From Balanoglossus misakiensis (lineage: Eukaryota; Animalia; Hemichordata): a DNA stretch of 64,000 bases. This document shows positions 26,214-40,946 of this stretch, piece by piece. The position numbers and the translations under genes were made by a program. The stretch's first letter is position 1. Each line of letters begins with the position of its first letter. The stretch spans positions 3,456,303 to 3,520,302 of the forward strand of contig CM082582.2 of assembly GCA_040954595.2 (NCBI GenBank), in the 5' to 3' direction. The notes beneath the pieces are model-generated. The model worked only from the letters and a program-made list of their open reading frames with translations. It searched no databases and was not told the origin of the DNA.

Positions 26214-28602
26214 TAACACCTACAAGCAAACATGGCAATACCAGCTGTATATTCACATGATAAAGTGTATCACATCAAGAATTTGTGGGCCTTCAAAGTA
26301 ATTGGACACGTGAAGCAATTCAACCAATTCTGGGGAATGGTGATTCTGAACAACAAATGTCAATGATTTCATTCCATAAGGCAATAATGTCATATTTTCA
26401 ACAAAGTGGTTTGCCATGATAATGGTATGTCCACAATCATACAAATCAAATACGAAAGTAATCAGTGTTTTGGGGGTGGAATGCCCTCAAAATACAATAG
26501 TGACATTTTGGTCACTACTGGTATTTTGCCCCACCACAGAATACTTTGAGAGTTGCTAAGGGCATTTTCTCAGAAAACGAGTTGCTGACCAAAAATTGCC
26601 CCAAAGTACAAAATTGACATTTTCACTAGGGACACAACAAACCGATCACGAGTGAATTCTGAGAATTTATACTTTCGACCAATATTTGCTGGCCATATTG
26701 GATTGTATTGGAACAAGATGATATGCATGTGCATCAAGATCTTGAAGGTTTTCAGGGATTCCTGACATGGGGAAAATCAGAACAAAATGGCTGCCCAATG
26801 GCCATATTGGATTGGCCATGTCAACCTGGTGAATATTCCCCATAGCCATTATAACCCCCCCTCCTCAAAAATATATAGATCAGTATGAACACATGTTCTC
26901 ATCCAAAGTAACAAAATTCGCTGGCCAAAAAACTACATCAGTATCCTTAATGATGGCTTCACAGTCCGAGTCGCTAAACAGCACGGATATCGAAGTTCGC
27001 CAACTACAGACACTGGGACTCAAGCATACCGCACTCAAACATACATAAAAAATACACATATAACATAAACAAGTTATTGTGTGCAGCAGGTTTTATTGGC
27101 TGAAATTGTTCACATGATCAGGCATTTAACAATTGGAAATAAATGACAATATTTTTGTAGAGAATAGATTTTCTATATGAATAGACGTTGAGAAGAACAG
27201 TGACAGAATTCTGTGGCAACATAACATTTCTGGACTTGAAGGATATCAAAGGTAGGGCAACAGGCGAGTTTGTTGCTCGCATATGAAAAGTTTTCCAAAA
27301 GTAGGGAGTGCTTATTTTCCCAAGAAAAGTTGTTGTTTGTCTTTCAAAAGAGGGCATGGCTCAAATTTTCCAAGTTGAAGAAATATTTATTCATGGTCAA
27401 ATCAAATCATTGAATTTGAAGTGCTGGAATAATTATGGTACATTGTCCTTGTACCAAGTTTAAATGATTCTAGCCCAGGAATATCCGAGTAATGGATCAA
27501 GACAGATGAACACCCCCCCCCCCCAACCGAACTTTGCCTGTTGGGACTAACAAAAAAGACATGCAAGACAAGCTATTTTCAAGAACCCAAGCCTGCATTT
27601 TACCATTATGCGGCGTACTATTACAGCAGACACTAACAATTTTAAATTTTCATATTGAAAATACATTGTCCATTTCACCAAAAACTGTTGGCTGGCTGCC
27701 ATTATTGTTCTTAATTTTTTTAATTGTTTAACGAACTCCATCAAAAACCACTTTACTATGATAGCGAATAACATGTTAATATAAAGTCTATTGTACTTTT
27801 GTAACTTCTGAGTATCGGCTAGAGTCTCTCTGTACTGCAGTGTGTGCACGAATAGACACACATTGGCCCTCATCTGCTGTAAAATGAAACAATGTCTATT
27901 CAAAACAAATAATTGACAGGATAGAAAAGGAAATAAACATAAAGGTAGGCTTAAATATCAGTAAGTATCATATTCTTACCACAAAGAGGTTTCTGTTGTG
28001 ACAGTGATAAAAGAATCAGTTGTAAATGGATCAACTATCTAAGATTTGATCAGATGACCAATGTCACACAAAATTAAATATAAATATTTGTTATAGCTTT
28101 AAACTCTAGGGGGGTTGGGGGCACTGTACATTTTCTGAGTAACATCTAGTATATTTGTGATAATATTCATTCTAATCCATCACATAAACACATTTGTGAA
28201 AAGATAGGAAAACAAATAAATTTGTACACATACTGAAATTAACAAAATCCCTGGAGTGTCCATGCAGGGAATATCACATGATTGCAATGGTAAGTGGACA
28301 CAGTCCTAATGTACATACAACAACAGCGGTTTTGAACCAACTTCTAATTACATATCATACATAACATGGATACAAATAAAAGTCTTGCAAATAGATTCTT
28401 TCCCATTGAAGGGAAATATAACGTCAAACAGTTTTCTTCTTTCTTTCTTGCCTGGCAATGACTGCACTCAGTCAGGCAATATCTGTGCGAGCAGAAGCTT
28501 CCAGTGGTGGAGGTTTCATCCACCCTCTGAAGAATACTTCTGCATGTACAGTTTTGTCACGTAAATCTTTTTAAGTGTTTTTGCATTTTGTCGTTACTCC
28601 TT

Positions 28603-31600
28603 TCACTCCTCAACTTCCTGAACGTTTGTCGCCACGGGCAAGAATATGTGCTGGGTGTGTTCAATGCTGCATCGACACAGCGGGCACTCGTCGCAACACG
28701 AAGCACACACCCCGCAGCACACCAAGTGACCGCACGGACAGAATGCCGTACTGATATCCGCATCCATGCACACTTTACAGAGCATCGAGTCCTGGATCTT
28801 GCGCAGTTTCTCCCGAAGCTGTTTCGAGTCCAGCGAGTCCATGCTGTCACTGAAACTTCGATCGCGCAGAGAAGTCCTGGACGCACTGAGCGAAGGAGTT
28901 GACGGTAACGAGATTGCTTTCCCAGTTGAGTAAATAAGTCGTCTTGCATGGTCGTACACTTCACGACAAGTCCGCTGTATGTCAAACACATACTTCTTTC
29001 CAAGGTCCGATTTGTCGTTGAATAATGCCACAATTGTTCCGCGGAAGTCTCGACTGCACTGTGTTCTGACTGCGGGACGCACAGTTTCACATCTGTAAAA
29101 TGCATGCTTCTCAGTGATGGCCCGGTACAGTCCTTCTGCTGCTTTGGTCGTCACTAGTTTGAATCCCAGCATGATGGTCTCTCCAGTTGGGCCCATTATG
29201 GTCAGGAAGAAGCACTTGTTTGTGTGCGTTGCCATCTTGATCAACCCATAACTGATACTGCAATGAAAAAAACAGGTCATTGTCAATGACATAGTCCCCA
29301 GAGTAAGTTGATTTACCAATTCCTCTTATCTATACTCTGGCTGCATTGATATACCCTAAGGGTGCCAGGTATGAGACCATACTCATGGTTCAATAATTGT
29401 GAATTGTTGGAGTAATGGCTCTAGATGGATAGATGGACAACTATCTTTTTGTCTCCCAGAATTCATCACACCATGATGGCTACTGATGTGTACAAACACC
29501 CCCTCCCCAGTTATCAGCTATGAACCATATCATTGCAGTTTAAAGGAATCAAATCAATGAAATTACGTCATAAAAATGTAAACCTCCTTCCTATATCTGC
29601 TTTAATCCCTATTAGACACAATTATCGACTAATGTCACTCCACCAAATAAAAGACATTGTTAGGCCCGATACGGTTTGTATGGTTGTTCTATATATGTTA
29701 AAGTTAATACTTTCCGTTTTAAGGAGTTCTGAGGAATTTTTCCACTGTTTTCATTGGTGTTTGAGATCAACACAGCTTAATGCTCATGCAACAAAAGAGA
29801 CGTATATTTGTAACCTGAAGAATTCAGCCTAGAATCTTACCTCTGTACAAAGGAATAGTCAGTGTCATATATTGTCACTCCGTCTGGTCCAACACCCAAC
29901 TTCAGTGCTTGGTCGGCATTATTTCTGACTTCATAGTATTCCATGCCAAAGTTATCGCATGCAGACGCTTCCTGTAAGACACGGTACTCTGCCGATGACT
30001 TTGACATCCCCCGAAGATTTTTGTGTTCCATGACAACACTGTTGAGGAAGGTCTTTGACCACTGAGGGATGAAGTTGGGATAGAAGTTGTACTGTGATGT
30101 TTCTTTCACATAGTCGCCACTCTCAGCTTGCGCTATAAGGGAGCATAATTTGGCACTTTGTGCAGCCGTGGCATTCAGTATCCCTGCTCCAAAGTCCTTC
30201 TTGACTTGAAGGTAGAAGATGTGCCTGTACAGAAGAAATAAACATAAGCTGTAAGTATTCATTCTCAATGTTCATATGCATGTTTTGAAAATGCATTAAT
30301 GAGTCACTAGGTTTACTATGCAGAGAAAAGCATGAACAGTAAAAACATGCCATTCACAATGGCTTTGGTTTGTCTGTGCTTTCACTCAATCTGCCACTTT
30401 GAACTTTGATAGGTCAGAGGTCACAAAGCACTGTAAATTTTATGCAGGCCCTAATTGTACAGTGCAAGATCAAATGTGGACACAGACCAATTCGATTCCC
30501 AAGTGAGGATTAATCTACACGTGTATACTATTGGACCCAGACAGATTTGGATGATGTGAACATGGCATTAGAGGCATTCATTGACAACATATTCACACCT
30601 ACAGCTGCCATTCTATGAAAGACACCCTGCTTCACCAGTCTAGCATCAACCCCTTTCACCACCATGGTTTGGTCCAAATCCATGGTTATTTATGGGGAAT
30701 TCAGTTGGACCTCTCTACAGAGGGAACTTGGGTGAAAGGGTTAAGCTTGTCATGAAGTCATGGTTGTGTAGTGTTGAAAAATCAACACTTGCTTTTGTTG
30801 GTTTCCAAAGCATGCACCAAAGTCTTCTGAATTCCAATATCAAAATTTGCCAAATTATTGCAACTCAAATCCCACTAGTCACTCCTTTCAATGTGAGGCC
30901 ACAAAAAGTGCACTCAAAGCCATAAATGAAGTTTCTCAAAATCCTTTAGTGGTACCTCAGCTCTTTTACATTAACCCTTTTACTGCTCTGGTTCAGTCCA
31001 AACCCATTGTTTTCTATGGTAAGGTTGGACCTTTAAAGAGGGAACTGGGGGTGAAAGGGTTAATATTCTTGTATCACTATTATCAGTGCAATAAGGTTGT
31101 ATCTAAATATTTTCATATTTTTGCAGGAGAGCCAAAAGTCTAATGTACATGTATGTAAATACTAAACGGCAAGTTCCTCCATTAAGAAATGTTGTCTTTT
31201 AGGAAAGCAGTTTGTCAGGTCTGAATATTTATATTACAGCCATTACTTCAAAATAAATGTTCTAGAACCCGTGTTACAAAATTTGGACAAATGCTGATAC
31301 GGCCTTATTGCACAGATATGTTGGCCTCGCTCTCTCATTAGAGCATTATGGGACTGTCCAAACATAACTGTCAAACAAATGTCCTAAATGCTTTTGCTTG
31401 TTTGTTTTACTGGCAGAATCACTGCATATTCCCTTTCCAAGGACTTCACAACAGTGAAAAAGCCTTCACAGTGTATTATATTTAAATTCATTACGTAAGA
31501 ATTCAGGTTAGTTTATTGATTCAAGAGGCTGAAACATGCACGACTTACAAATATTGTTTTGTGATATAAATGAGCCATTGTTAAAAGTCCTTGATTATGT

Positions 31601-34600
31601 GCCAACATTGTTGTTTTCAAGGTTTTTCGAGGGTATTTATGGATATATGCCTAAAACTTTTAACCATCAATTATGCAGCTACAGCACAAATACAACTCAA
31701 GTCCTAACATACAAACAGCTGGGAATGTTAAAGCAAGCAAGTGCTTAGTCGACAATGTAAGCAAAATGTAGACAGTTAATCAAAACACTGCTGGTGTTTC
31801 AGAGCCTAACAAAGCATAAGCGGTGGTCACTGAAAAACAACGAACCAGTTGAAGAAACCAAACAAAGTCATAGATTTTGTCAAATGATATGTCACGCCTA
31901 GTCTTTAGTTTGTGGAATTATTAGTGTGTGATTTTTGATTGCCTTACAGTTGTGTTAACCAATTTGTCCTGCATGCTGGTGGGTACCACCATTGATGTCA
32001 CCATTTCTCATCAAGTTTTGTTATAAAGGCTTTAATTGGAAAATACACTTGCTGTTCATGCATATCAAATACTGTTGTTGTGTTTACCAGATTGCATTCA
32101 TTTCACATACATGTAGAAGTACGAAACAGTCCACACGAGTGAAAGTTATTTTCAAACCTCAATGCTGTAATGGGGGAAACTAAGTTTACCAGCCAGGCCA
32201 TGAAAATACATGTACTTCAAACTTCCCACAAACTTAGAATAAAAAAAACTTGCCGTTTGGTTTATTAAATCAGATTTCTGAAGAAAAAAAATTCCCTTTT
32301 TAGCGAAAACATATGAAAAATGCCATTTAGGCACTCCAGTATGACATCAACTGGTCGTACAACAATTTGAGACATCAAAGTCAACCATGAGGAAGATGAC
32401 CTTTCACCCTTATGTTTTCTCCAAATCTGGGCATCCTGTCACGCTTAGCATCTGCAAGGAGTATTCCATTCAAACAAACACAGGAAGTTATGGCCTCAGA
32501 AATGTGCATGCTGCCCTACGACAAACTGTACAGCAAAAAAAAAAAAAACTGCCTCTTTTTGAGTGCAATCATGACAATGTTCTTCCTTTTATTTAATCAC
32601 ACCAAATGAAAAAGTAGCAAGTTATGAATTGATAACTGGTGATAAAGCATCAAACGAGATCAACAGCCAGTTTTCATGACCTGACACAATGTGCTGTATT
32701 ACCAATATGAACAATTGCGACTATTTCTCTGTCACATACTCAACTATTATCACAGCCTAACCCACAACATTATGCTCTAGTAACCATGGCTTGCATAAAT
32801 TAAGAGGCTGTCAGCCAATCACCACACTTTATTTGTGGCATTGTTGCTCTGGTAGCAGGTACAATATAATCTGACATAATTACTTCATTTTGGTATAAAA
32901 AAAGAAGTGAACTTGGCTTACTGGTTTTGAGACTTCACTAATTTGCTGTCAATAAATAACTTTATTGTTACTGTTTTGGTAAACCATTATTTCATATCTA
33001 AATAAAGATTTTTAGTTTTGATGATCAGTGTTGCTTCATATCTATATAGAACGATTTTAAATGAGCTCCTTTTTCCTTACTTTGTCAAATGATACAGAGG
33101 TAAATTTGATTTTTTTTAAAGTGTCATATTTCAGTCATGCTGAAATGTAGAAAGCTGCATATCAAGTAATTTGCATAATAATAGTCAGCAAGCATGCCCT
33201 AAAATGCGACCTTATGTAGATAAGGGTAATGTATGCCGTAGAAGCCACACCTGGTTTTCAGGTCCAATCACAGCGATGTCAACAATGTTTGAGCCCAATT
33301 CACGCCATACATCATTTTCCATTGCGATGATTAGTGTATACCTTAAAATTTGTCATATAAGGGTGAGTGTATCTTTGACTTTGCAGTTTGTCCATTGTAA
33401 CTTTTTGGCTTCATTGTGTTTGGGGCATTCACTGAATGCTTCAGTTGGCAGATGTATGCTGACGGCAGCAGTTTTTATAGCTCCATGAATCTGGCATGAA
33501 CGCACAGGTATCAGAAGTTTTTGTTTACAAAAACAAACAGTTGCCTGTTGGACGTCCAAGTCCAAAGGTTCATAGATAAGTATTGATCCCTGCAGGCATG
33601 CTCCAGTGGTATTGGAAAGCTGGAGAAATTCAAACTGCACAGCATCTATGTATTTTGATCCATTCTCTCTCATTTATAGAAAACAGGTTATTGTACAAAA
33701 CATAGTCCGCGCTGGATTAACAGATTACAAAAAAAAACATTAAAAGAAATCATAGTGGAATGAACTCCATCAAGGCATGTCTACAAAATACCCAAGAAAA
33801 TATCAGTGTTAATAAAACCATTGGTAGCCATGTTGAATCACATTGCAACACAAATTAACATACATACGCACACCATCGTGCATTGTTCTTGTATCACGTA
33901 GATATGGAATCAGACCTTTTGAGATATGGCTGTGGACATGATAAACTGTCACAAAATTGGCACATGTTGGCTGTTTGTACATTGGTCTTGTACCAAGTTT
34001 GAGTTGAATTCTGTTCAGTGCACAATTTGTATGCAAACTATGAATGATGGAAGGAATTGTATCAACCATCACTGCAAAAACAGAGAAATGCCAATCACAA
34101 AATCAGAAGTTTGAAAGTCATTATTTATTGTTGGCTATAAGACCAACAATCTTTTTTTGGCTGCAAACGTCTGCACAGAAGGTGCTTGTCAGGATCGAAC
34201 GATTTGAAAACAAAAAGGCCTTGACAACAGCTGTACAGCAATTTGCATCCCCCCCCCCCAGTGCACAGTGATTGTCCTCAGGTGAACACAGTTGAGGGTG
34301 TGTTTAGCCAAACAGCTATTTGTATGATTGAGTGCATGAACATTTATAACAATGATTTCATTACAAAGAAACTAAATCCAACAAAGCTTCATATGTATCA
34401 GCTAAAACAATGGCTTGTCTATATTAATTCATTTGCATATCTCCTTTTCTTATCCCTTAACATTTGTTTACCTAACTGTACATAGACAACTATTTGCTTT
34501 CTGGCCATGACATAACCATAAACCTGGTGGAAAATACACCCAGTGCAATGAAACACAGGCATTCCTTGAGGTGCATGCAATGCCAATCATTTCATCAGAA

Positions 34601-36041
34601 CCTTACTGGGAAACTAGACAGCTGATCACCACCTCATACGAATTCTCAAGTAACTTGTAATAACATTTTATGTTCATGCTCGAAATCTACCATTTAATTT
34701 CAAAGAATATGACCAAGAGTTTTAATTGAAATTTGTATTGCTACTCAGGAATATTACTGGATGGGGAAGTGCTAGGTTGGATTTCATACAAGTCCATAAT
34801 GCAGGCGCCACACAGGAGTTGATTTGCAAGTATGGCCTACATACAACCAATGACCCTCAAAACAGTTATAATGAAAGTATAATATACGTACTCGCGGTTT
34901 TCCCCTTTGACTAGTGAGAATTGTAAAGAGTCTCTAAAGATATTCTTTAGCATTAGTCAACTGAGGTAGTCAATTCAACTAGAGACGGGGAACCCCGAAC
35001 TCGCTGTGCAACGTCACTTCTATTTCTGTGCTGTCAGTGTCACCTAACAAACTGAGTAATGACGTACCCAAACCTAAGGAAAGCATACCCCGCAAACGAG
35101 ATAATGCTAGATGGGGTGAAACTGCCATTGTTTAAGTCAAAAACTGAAACGAAACGGCGAAAATATGAGCAATATCTTTGCCCACGCCAAAGGCTTCATC
35201 GCCTATGCAATTTCTCATTCGGTTGCGTCCGCCCGCCTACGCACGTCCGCTGGTGGGGTGACTCGCTCGGCATTGTCTCAAATATTTCGCAATCACCGAA
35301 ACTCCACAGGCCCCTAAAAACGCCGTCACGCCTAAATATTCCGTATAAAGTGAAAATTGTAGATACTACCATAGGACACACTTACCTGGCCGATTCTTGA
35401 AGAATCAGATGAGGCTGAACAAAGAATTTCACTCTGAGATGCAATCGACATGGCGAAGATCCAGTCAGCTGACAAGTGAGCGGGTTCCGAAGATTTAGCC
35501 ATAGCGTTTCACCCTTCTTGCCCGTGTACGTGAGCCCAAAATAGTCAACTTCAAGTATATTCATTTTGCGACAAACCTGTTAAACGAGAGAGAGAAGGAG
35601 TGAATGAAACATTTGGCGATATCGATATCCTAAATTCTGCTGTGCTTAGAAACCAGGACGCCATTGTTCACAAGTGAGATCGACCCAGCTGCTCGTCAAA
35701 CCAGCTGATCTAAGCGATCAGCTGATGTAGCTGAGAGGTATATAGGGCAGAGTTTCGACGAAATAAAAACGACTCACGCTATTACAGAGGGTTAAATGAA
35801 AGGTTTTGCATTCACGCGTGTTTTATTTTCTAGAGGATCTCGAGAAGAAAATCATTTCTATAACCAAATCTCAGGAAAAGGCCCCTGACAACCCCAGAAG
35901 GGGTATTTAACCAGTCAAAATTTCAAAGCCACAAAGAAATGATAGGCACCTTACCTGATCGAGACATTCTTGTCCGGGTGCTTTCGGGTTTGCATCTACC
36001 TCAATTACTACAGAGTCCGGTAGAGAAACTAAAACCATCAT
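28603..36041 (-). CDS. MYLIP: E3 ubiquitin ligase MYLIP/IDOL (FERM + C-terminal RING); 4 coding exons, ~438 aa
   Basis: Exons 36041-35955, 35576-35386, 30224-29841, 29257-28603 join in frame: [29 protein letters not shown]|[15 protein letters not shown]...LWLNLRN...[18 protein letters not shown]|HIFYL...|...[17 protein letters not shown]...[20 protein letters not shown]...CKVCMD...[10 protein letters not shown]...CPLCR, closely matching the vertebrate MYLIP pattern. Confidence 0.95.
30650..30744. mobile_element. piggyBac-like MITE, second copy
   Basis: CCCCTTTCACCACCATGG...GTTGGACCT...GGTGAAAGGGTTAA, similar to 30975-31059. Confidence 0.7.
30975..31059. mobile_element. ~85-bp piggyBac-like MITE (TTAA|CCCTTT...AAAGGG|TTAA)
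   Basis: TTAA at 30971-30974 and 31060-31063; CCC/GGG termini; related copies at ~30650-30744 and ~43908-43997. Confidence 0.75.
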
Positions 36042-36437
36042 TTCGGCAGAAGGCAGGGAACGCTTGAAACTAAAAGAGATGGTGATAAAATGAACCAGAA
36101 CTGAAATATTCCAGGGTAAAATGCATCAGCTACATGTGTGCGTGCATCCGCTACGGCAGAGTGAGCACCCAGGCGAATGTTGCAACGGTAGGACAAGCGG
36201 AATAAAGATTAATATGGTAGGGGTGGGCTGCACTCAACATATGCGGGTAGATCGGTGTTAGCTTTACAGTTACCCTCGAAGGTATAAAAATTACCTTTCA
36301 CAGCGTAGATAATATCTTCTATTTCGAAGTTCTGGGCAAACAGATCACGATAACCTCCCTTATCATGGCCCGAAAAATGACCACATAACCTTCAAAGATA
36401 AATGGTATGAGTTACTCAAAAACACCCATACTGTAGT

Positions 36438-36531
36438 CACGTGGATTACATCATGCCTAGCCAATCAGGAATCACTCTGTGACCCTTGGGAGGTTAAGAG
36501 GCGGAGATATTGAATTGATTATCTGACGTCA
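36438..36531 (-). promoter_or_regulatory. Probable MYLIP proximal promoter (E-box, CCAAT, GC-box-like, CRE)
   Basis: CACGTG 36438-36443, CCAAT 36461-36465, GAGGCGG ~36498, TGACGTCA 36524-36531, clustered 400-490 bp upstream of the ATG. Confidence 0.5.
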
Positions 36532-39500
36532 TAAAAGTTGTTTACGCGAAACTGTTGCCGAAAGACTCGGTTATTTCTTCTTTTAAGCGACAAAATATGA
36601 GAACTGGTATCATATTTTGGATATTTTACGTTTGATCACTCATAGGATAATGTACGGTCCGGGTTTTTTCGGGAATATAAGACGTTTTGTGTGCAAGTTG
36701 GGCGTTTAAACTTGGCAGTTGTTTTTTCCGCACTGGGGAAATTACCCATTGTGTGCAAATGAGCTGTCTGTCAATCAAACATACGGAAAGTTGGCCTGGG
36801 CGATTCCATTCAAACCGCCCTAGATATGAGCTTTACGTTTTATCATTTGAGAAGTTATAATCAAATCAAATTTGACATCGTGCAGGGGGAAATGCCAAGC
36901 AGGTGTCAGAACAGTGACGTGTAGCATGTCAACGCATTGTTCTGCAGATGACAGAGTCTTGTTTATAAACATCCGAAGACTTGTTCCAAAAAAACTGACT
37001 CTTCAGCATGTTGAGTGAGTGCACATATAACAGGCAATGTTTGCAAGTTGAGCTCTGTGCACAAACAGCCAAGGTCAAATCGAAAACAATAACAAGTTGT
37101 AATGTACACAGCTTGACCACTGACTAGACATCCGTCCGATATCTGAAAGATTTGCTTTGCAGTGGAATTGTTTTAACTAACGTTTCCACAGATTTTTCAA
37201 CCTCTTAAACAGACGAAGTCTTTTCCCAGCCATAATTTTATAACTCGTCACTGTAATGTTTTGTCGATTTCTAATTAGTAGGCCTACACATGGCCTACAC
37301 AAATACCAGTCCTTGAGGTCAAAGTTTACAAAGGTTAAATAACATGTAAATAAGTACATGTAAACAAACACAAAATACTGTACATACATACATACACACA
37401 CACCACACACACACACACACACACAGTGACGCGGATGACGCGACGCAGAAGCGCGAGGGGTTACACCTTTTCATGCAAATAACTTGGGGAGGGTCACTAT
37501 TTCTCGTGCACTGAGTTTTGGAAGAAAAAACAAACCCATCAGACCCCCCCCCCCCTCCCCTCCCATATCACAATTCCGGCCCGACCTGGGCTCTACCGTT
37601 GTTGCAAACTATGGCATCTAGTTTCTGTCATTAAACTGTGTTTGCTATTTGGGTTATCTGGGGAGATATCGTTTGAAGTATGACAAAATGAAGTTTTCGT
37701 GTGTGTTGACGCGTTCATCACGAATATGCTTTTGTGCAGCAGTATCTTCAGTGAGCACACAATGACCCCTGGATTTTCCCTGTTTTGCATGTTATGCCTT
37801 ATGATGCAGTGCGTCGAGGGACTTGGGCGTCATCGTTCAGCGCCCCGGTCTGAATTCTCGTCAGTTTTGGGAATCGGGACCAGACCTGTACAACTGGTTG
37901 GAGATCGATCGCTGCATGCTAACCATCGCATCGAGTTGTGACGCCCCCCCCCCCCCCTGACGCTTCTCTTTCAGACTTGCGAACGACTGGTTGACGACGC
38001 TGTACCGTTATGTTGGTAGTGAGGATATTACATGTACTTCTAAGATCCTTGCTTATCTTTATTTGACCTTTGCCTTTTCGTAACGCTTCTGCATAATCTA
38101 TTGTCAAACTTGTGAAAAACAATGCCACGTGGACTTGTCAGGCTTTCTTACAGCACTTTCGGGGGGGGGGCAGACACGCTTTTCATGATTTTACCATAGT
38201 GTAGCTCAGAACGAGACAATCCCAAATATGTAAAAAGAAGAGTGAAACTTTGTAAAATGAACTTCTCACTTGCAGTGTCACCTATCGGCAATCATCATAC
38301 TAATATGTATAGATGGTACTCTCACTGTTTATCTGCCTACTACCACACGTCCTTACTAAATTCAAACCTACCTGGACTATAGCGGGCGCATCTGGTCCCC
38401 TGCCCCATTCCGCCGCTGGATGCGCATGGCGGCATGCTGCAACAGAAGGAATTGTGCAGGGGACCAGACTAATATAGATAGTGGACCATGCTCCTTGATT
38501 TGCCTAAGTCAACTAAAGACTTATGCATTATTTTTTAACACCGGGTGATTGACAAAGAGTGGTATTCTCTGGGAAATATAGCATCTTACACGGTTGTCTC
38601 TTGACAAGTTCTCTTTCATTCCTAGCTACCGTTGCATATTGGTTAATTTTGCTTTGAATGGATCGCATAAGCTTGATATTGTTCTTTGGTCAAATTTCCC
38701 CCCAATCACTTCTGAATAGAGTTTTTGATAAGTATTTTATACTTAACTAGCTGCCTTGCCTAAGCCTTGCAAGGTATCACTGTATTTTCCAGCATTCAGT
38801 GGTTATAGGTTCGTACCCACTGTCATGTAATTGGAAATATGAGTGTGCGTCAATATGTAGAAATGCAATCATCCTTGCCTTTTTATTGGTTCATGGTAAT
38901 TGAAATGTGTATGTACTTCATGCTTGCCAACATAAATCACAACAAATCTTTGTTTCAGAGTTTGCTTTCTAATAACCTACCGCATTACACTCAGGGTTAA
39001 GGATGTACGTTCAGTAAAATTGAAAGTATTGTCATTTTTGTTAATTGTGGATTTTCGGATTCTCCTTTGTATGTATAATGAAAATCCGCAATAAAATATA
39101 GGGGTCACCGCACTTGTTTTTGAAATACTGAACCATGAATTTAGTCGATAATAGAAGACAGCACAGCACTTAGACAGTACAGTACAACCACGTGTTTATG
39201 GCAAAACTGTACAAAGACACGCATACATACTCCACTAAACAAAGCCCAACAATCTTATTTGAGAGTAACCATGACAAAGACGACTATGACCTGACGTTGG
39301 TATTAACTGTAGAAGTGCCGAGACACTCCCTCTGGGATTCAGGTAGTCTCACTCCGCACGGGCCAACAGACAACCGAATGACGACTATATGCAGTGCTCT
39401 CGAGTAACACTGAGCTGGTCCAACCTGTTCAATCTCCTCTTCTTCCCACCTTTGTTAACATTTTACCTGCCTCAGTCAAAATGTCCCCCTTTAAACAGCC

Positions 39501-40784
39501 CAAATCATTTGTCTGTGAAAGAGTGAGTTGGAATGAATATACCGGCAACGAGGGAAATGCCAGGCCAGCCTCCACGAGAGTACACAGAGAGAGATAGGGG
39601 TGGGGTGGAAAGCAATAGTTAAACAACCACTCAACGAATGCATGGAAAAGATTACTACCTAACACCACAATTTGAAGATGACATCAGGAATCGTGCGTCA
39701 TTAACACCGCAATTTGGTTATAGCTGAATAGCTGCTAAATATCACGAGTTAGAGCTATAAAGTTCAGTTTTTACGGCCCAGGGGCCGGCAAAATCCAAGG
39801 GGGTCACTTAAATTTTGAAATCCAAAAGGTGGGGGGAGGTAATCTTTTTTTTCGAAACGTTTAGGGGGTCACATACTTTTGACCCCCCCCCCCCCGACGT
39901 TTGCTTTTGAGTCCACTAAAATGCAGGTTCGAGCCCTTTATTTTATAAAATTTTCTAATGTTAGAGGGGGACACCCCCTCCCACACTCTTCAGAGTCTTC
40001 GCAACATTTCTAGTGTACCAGGGCAGAGTTCTTGCCATCCCACTCCATCGATGCTAACTTTGAGTTGCAAAAGTAAAATTTGTCCTCCCCAACATTGAGT
40101 TAGTTTGCTTTTGGGTTCATTAAAATGCAACTTGGAGTTCCGTATTTTACAAAATTTTCACCCCTCCACTTCTCTTGTTTTACCAATTCTGCCCAGTATT
40201 GTATTGACTTGTCATTTTAATTTATTCATAAATTTATTTATTGCAACACTATACTATTACACACCTCAATTATAAATTTCGAGCAGGCTCTTGGAAGCAA
40301 GCTTTTTTTCCCTCTACAAGTAGTTGTGGTATTTCTTTGGCTGTCAAAGGGGATCATCATTTTTGGGCCCTGGGTGAAGGGAGGGGTCTGCCTCGGATTT
40401 TGAAAACCGATGAAACAAACTTCCCGACTCTCTAGCTGTAAGAACTGAACAGTCCCTTAGCTCAGCAGCAGCTGAATATCTGAACGTTGGCTATTCTGGC
40501 AATCAAACAATCCCGCACCCTGGCACCATTGTGGTCATTTGGCGGCCCCACCCCCTATCCCCACTGAGACCTCGCTCACATTGCTCGGCCCAGCGCCCAG
40601 CAGCTACGCCTGAGCCCCAGTTAGCTGCAATAATGGTAGCAGTTGATAACTTTCTGACTGTGTCCGCAACCCTTACCGAACATACAATCAGAAAGTAATC
40701 AGAAAGTGAAAACAGACACCCTCCGCTGCAGCTGGGGCCCCATATCGTACGACATTCACCAGACGCAGAGCGATCGTACGATCG

Positions 40785-40902
40785 TGTAGCAACAGCGCCC
40801 CCAAGCCCTACAAAGTGACGTCACGGACATCCGGGTACTGGCAACTCCGTTTCCAAAACAACGTTTGCCATCTTGTTGTCAAGTCCGTGCGAGTTGGTAA
40901 CC
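40785..40902 (+). promoter_or_regulatory. GAS8 promoter with RFX X-box-like sites and a CRE
   Basis: GTTTCC-AA-AACAAC 40849-40862; half sites GTAGCAAC (~40787), CTGGCAAC (~40838), TGGTAAC (~40895); TGACGTCA 40816-40823. RFX control is typical of ciliary genes. Confidence 0.55.
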
Positions 40903-40946
40903 ATTAGCTTATATACAGACAGTGGTGATTGCGGTTCAGAAACAAA

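Noticed and set aside
28557-29105. 182-aa alternative-frame ORF within the last MYLIP exon
   Set aside because: Shadow frame of a conserved coding exon with no independent evidence.
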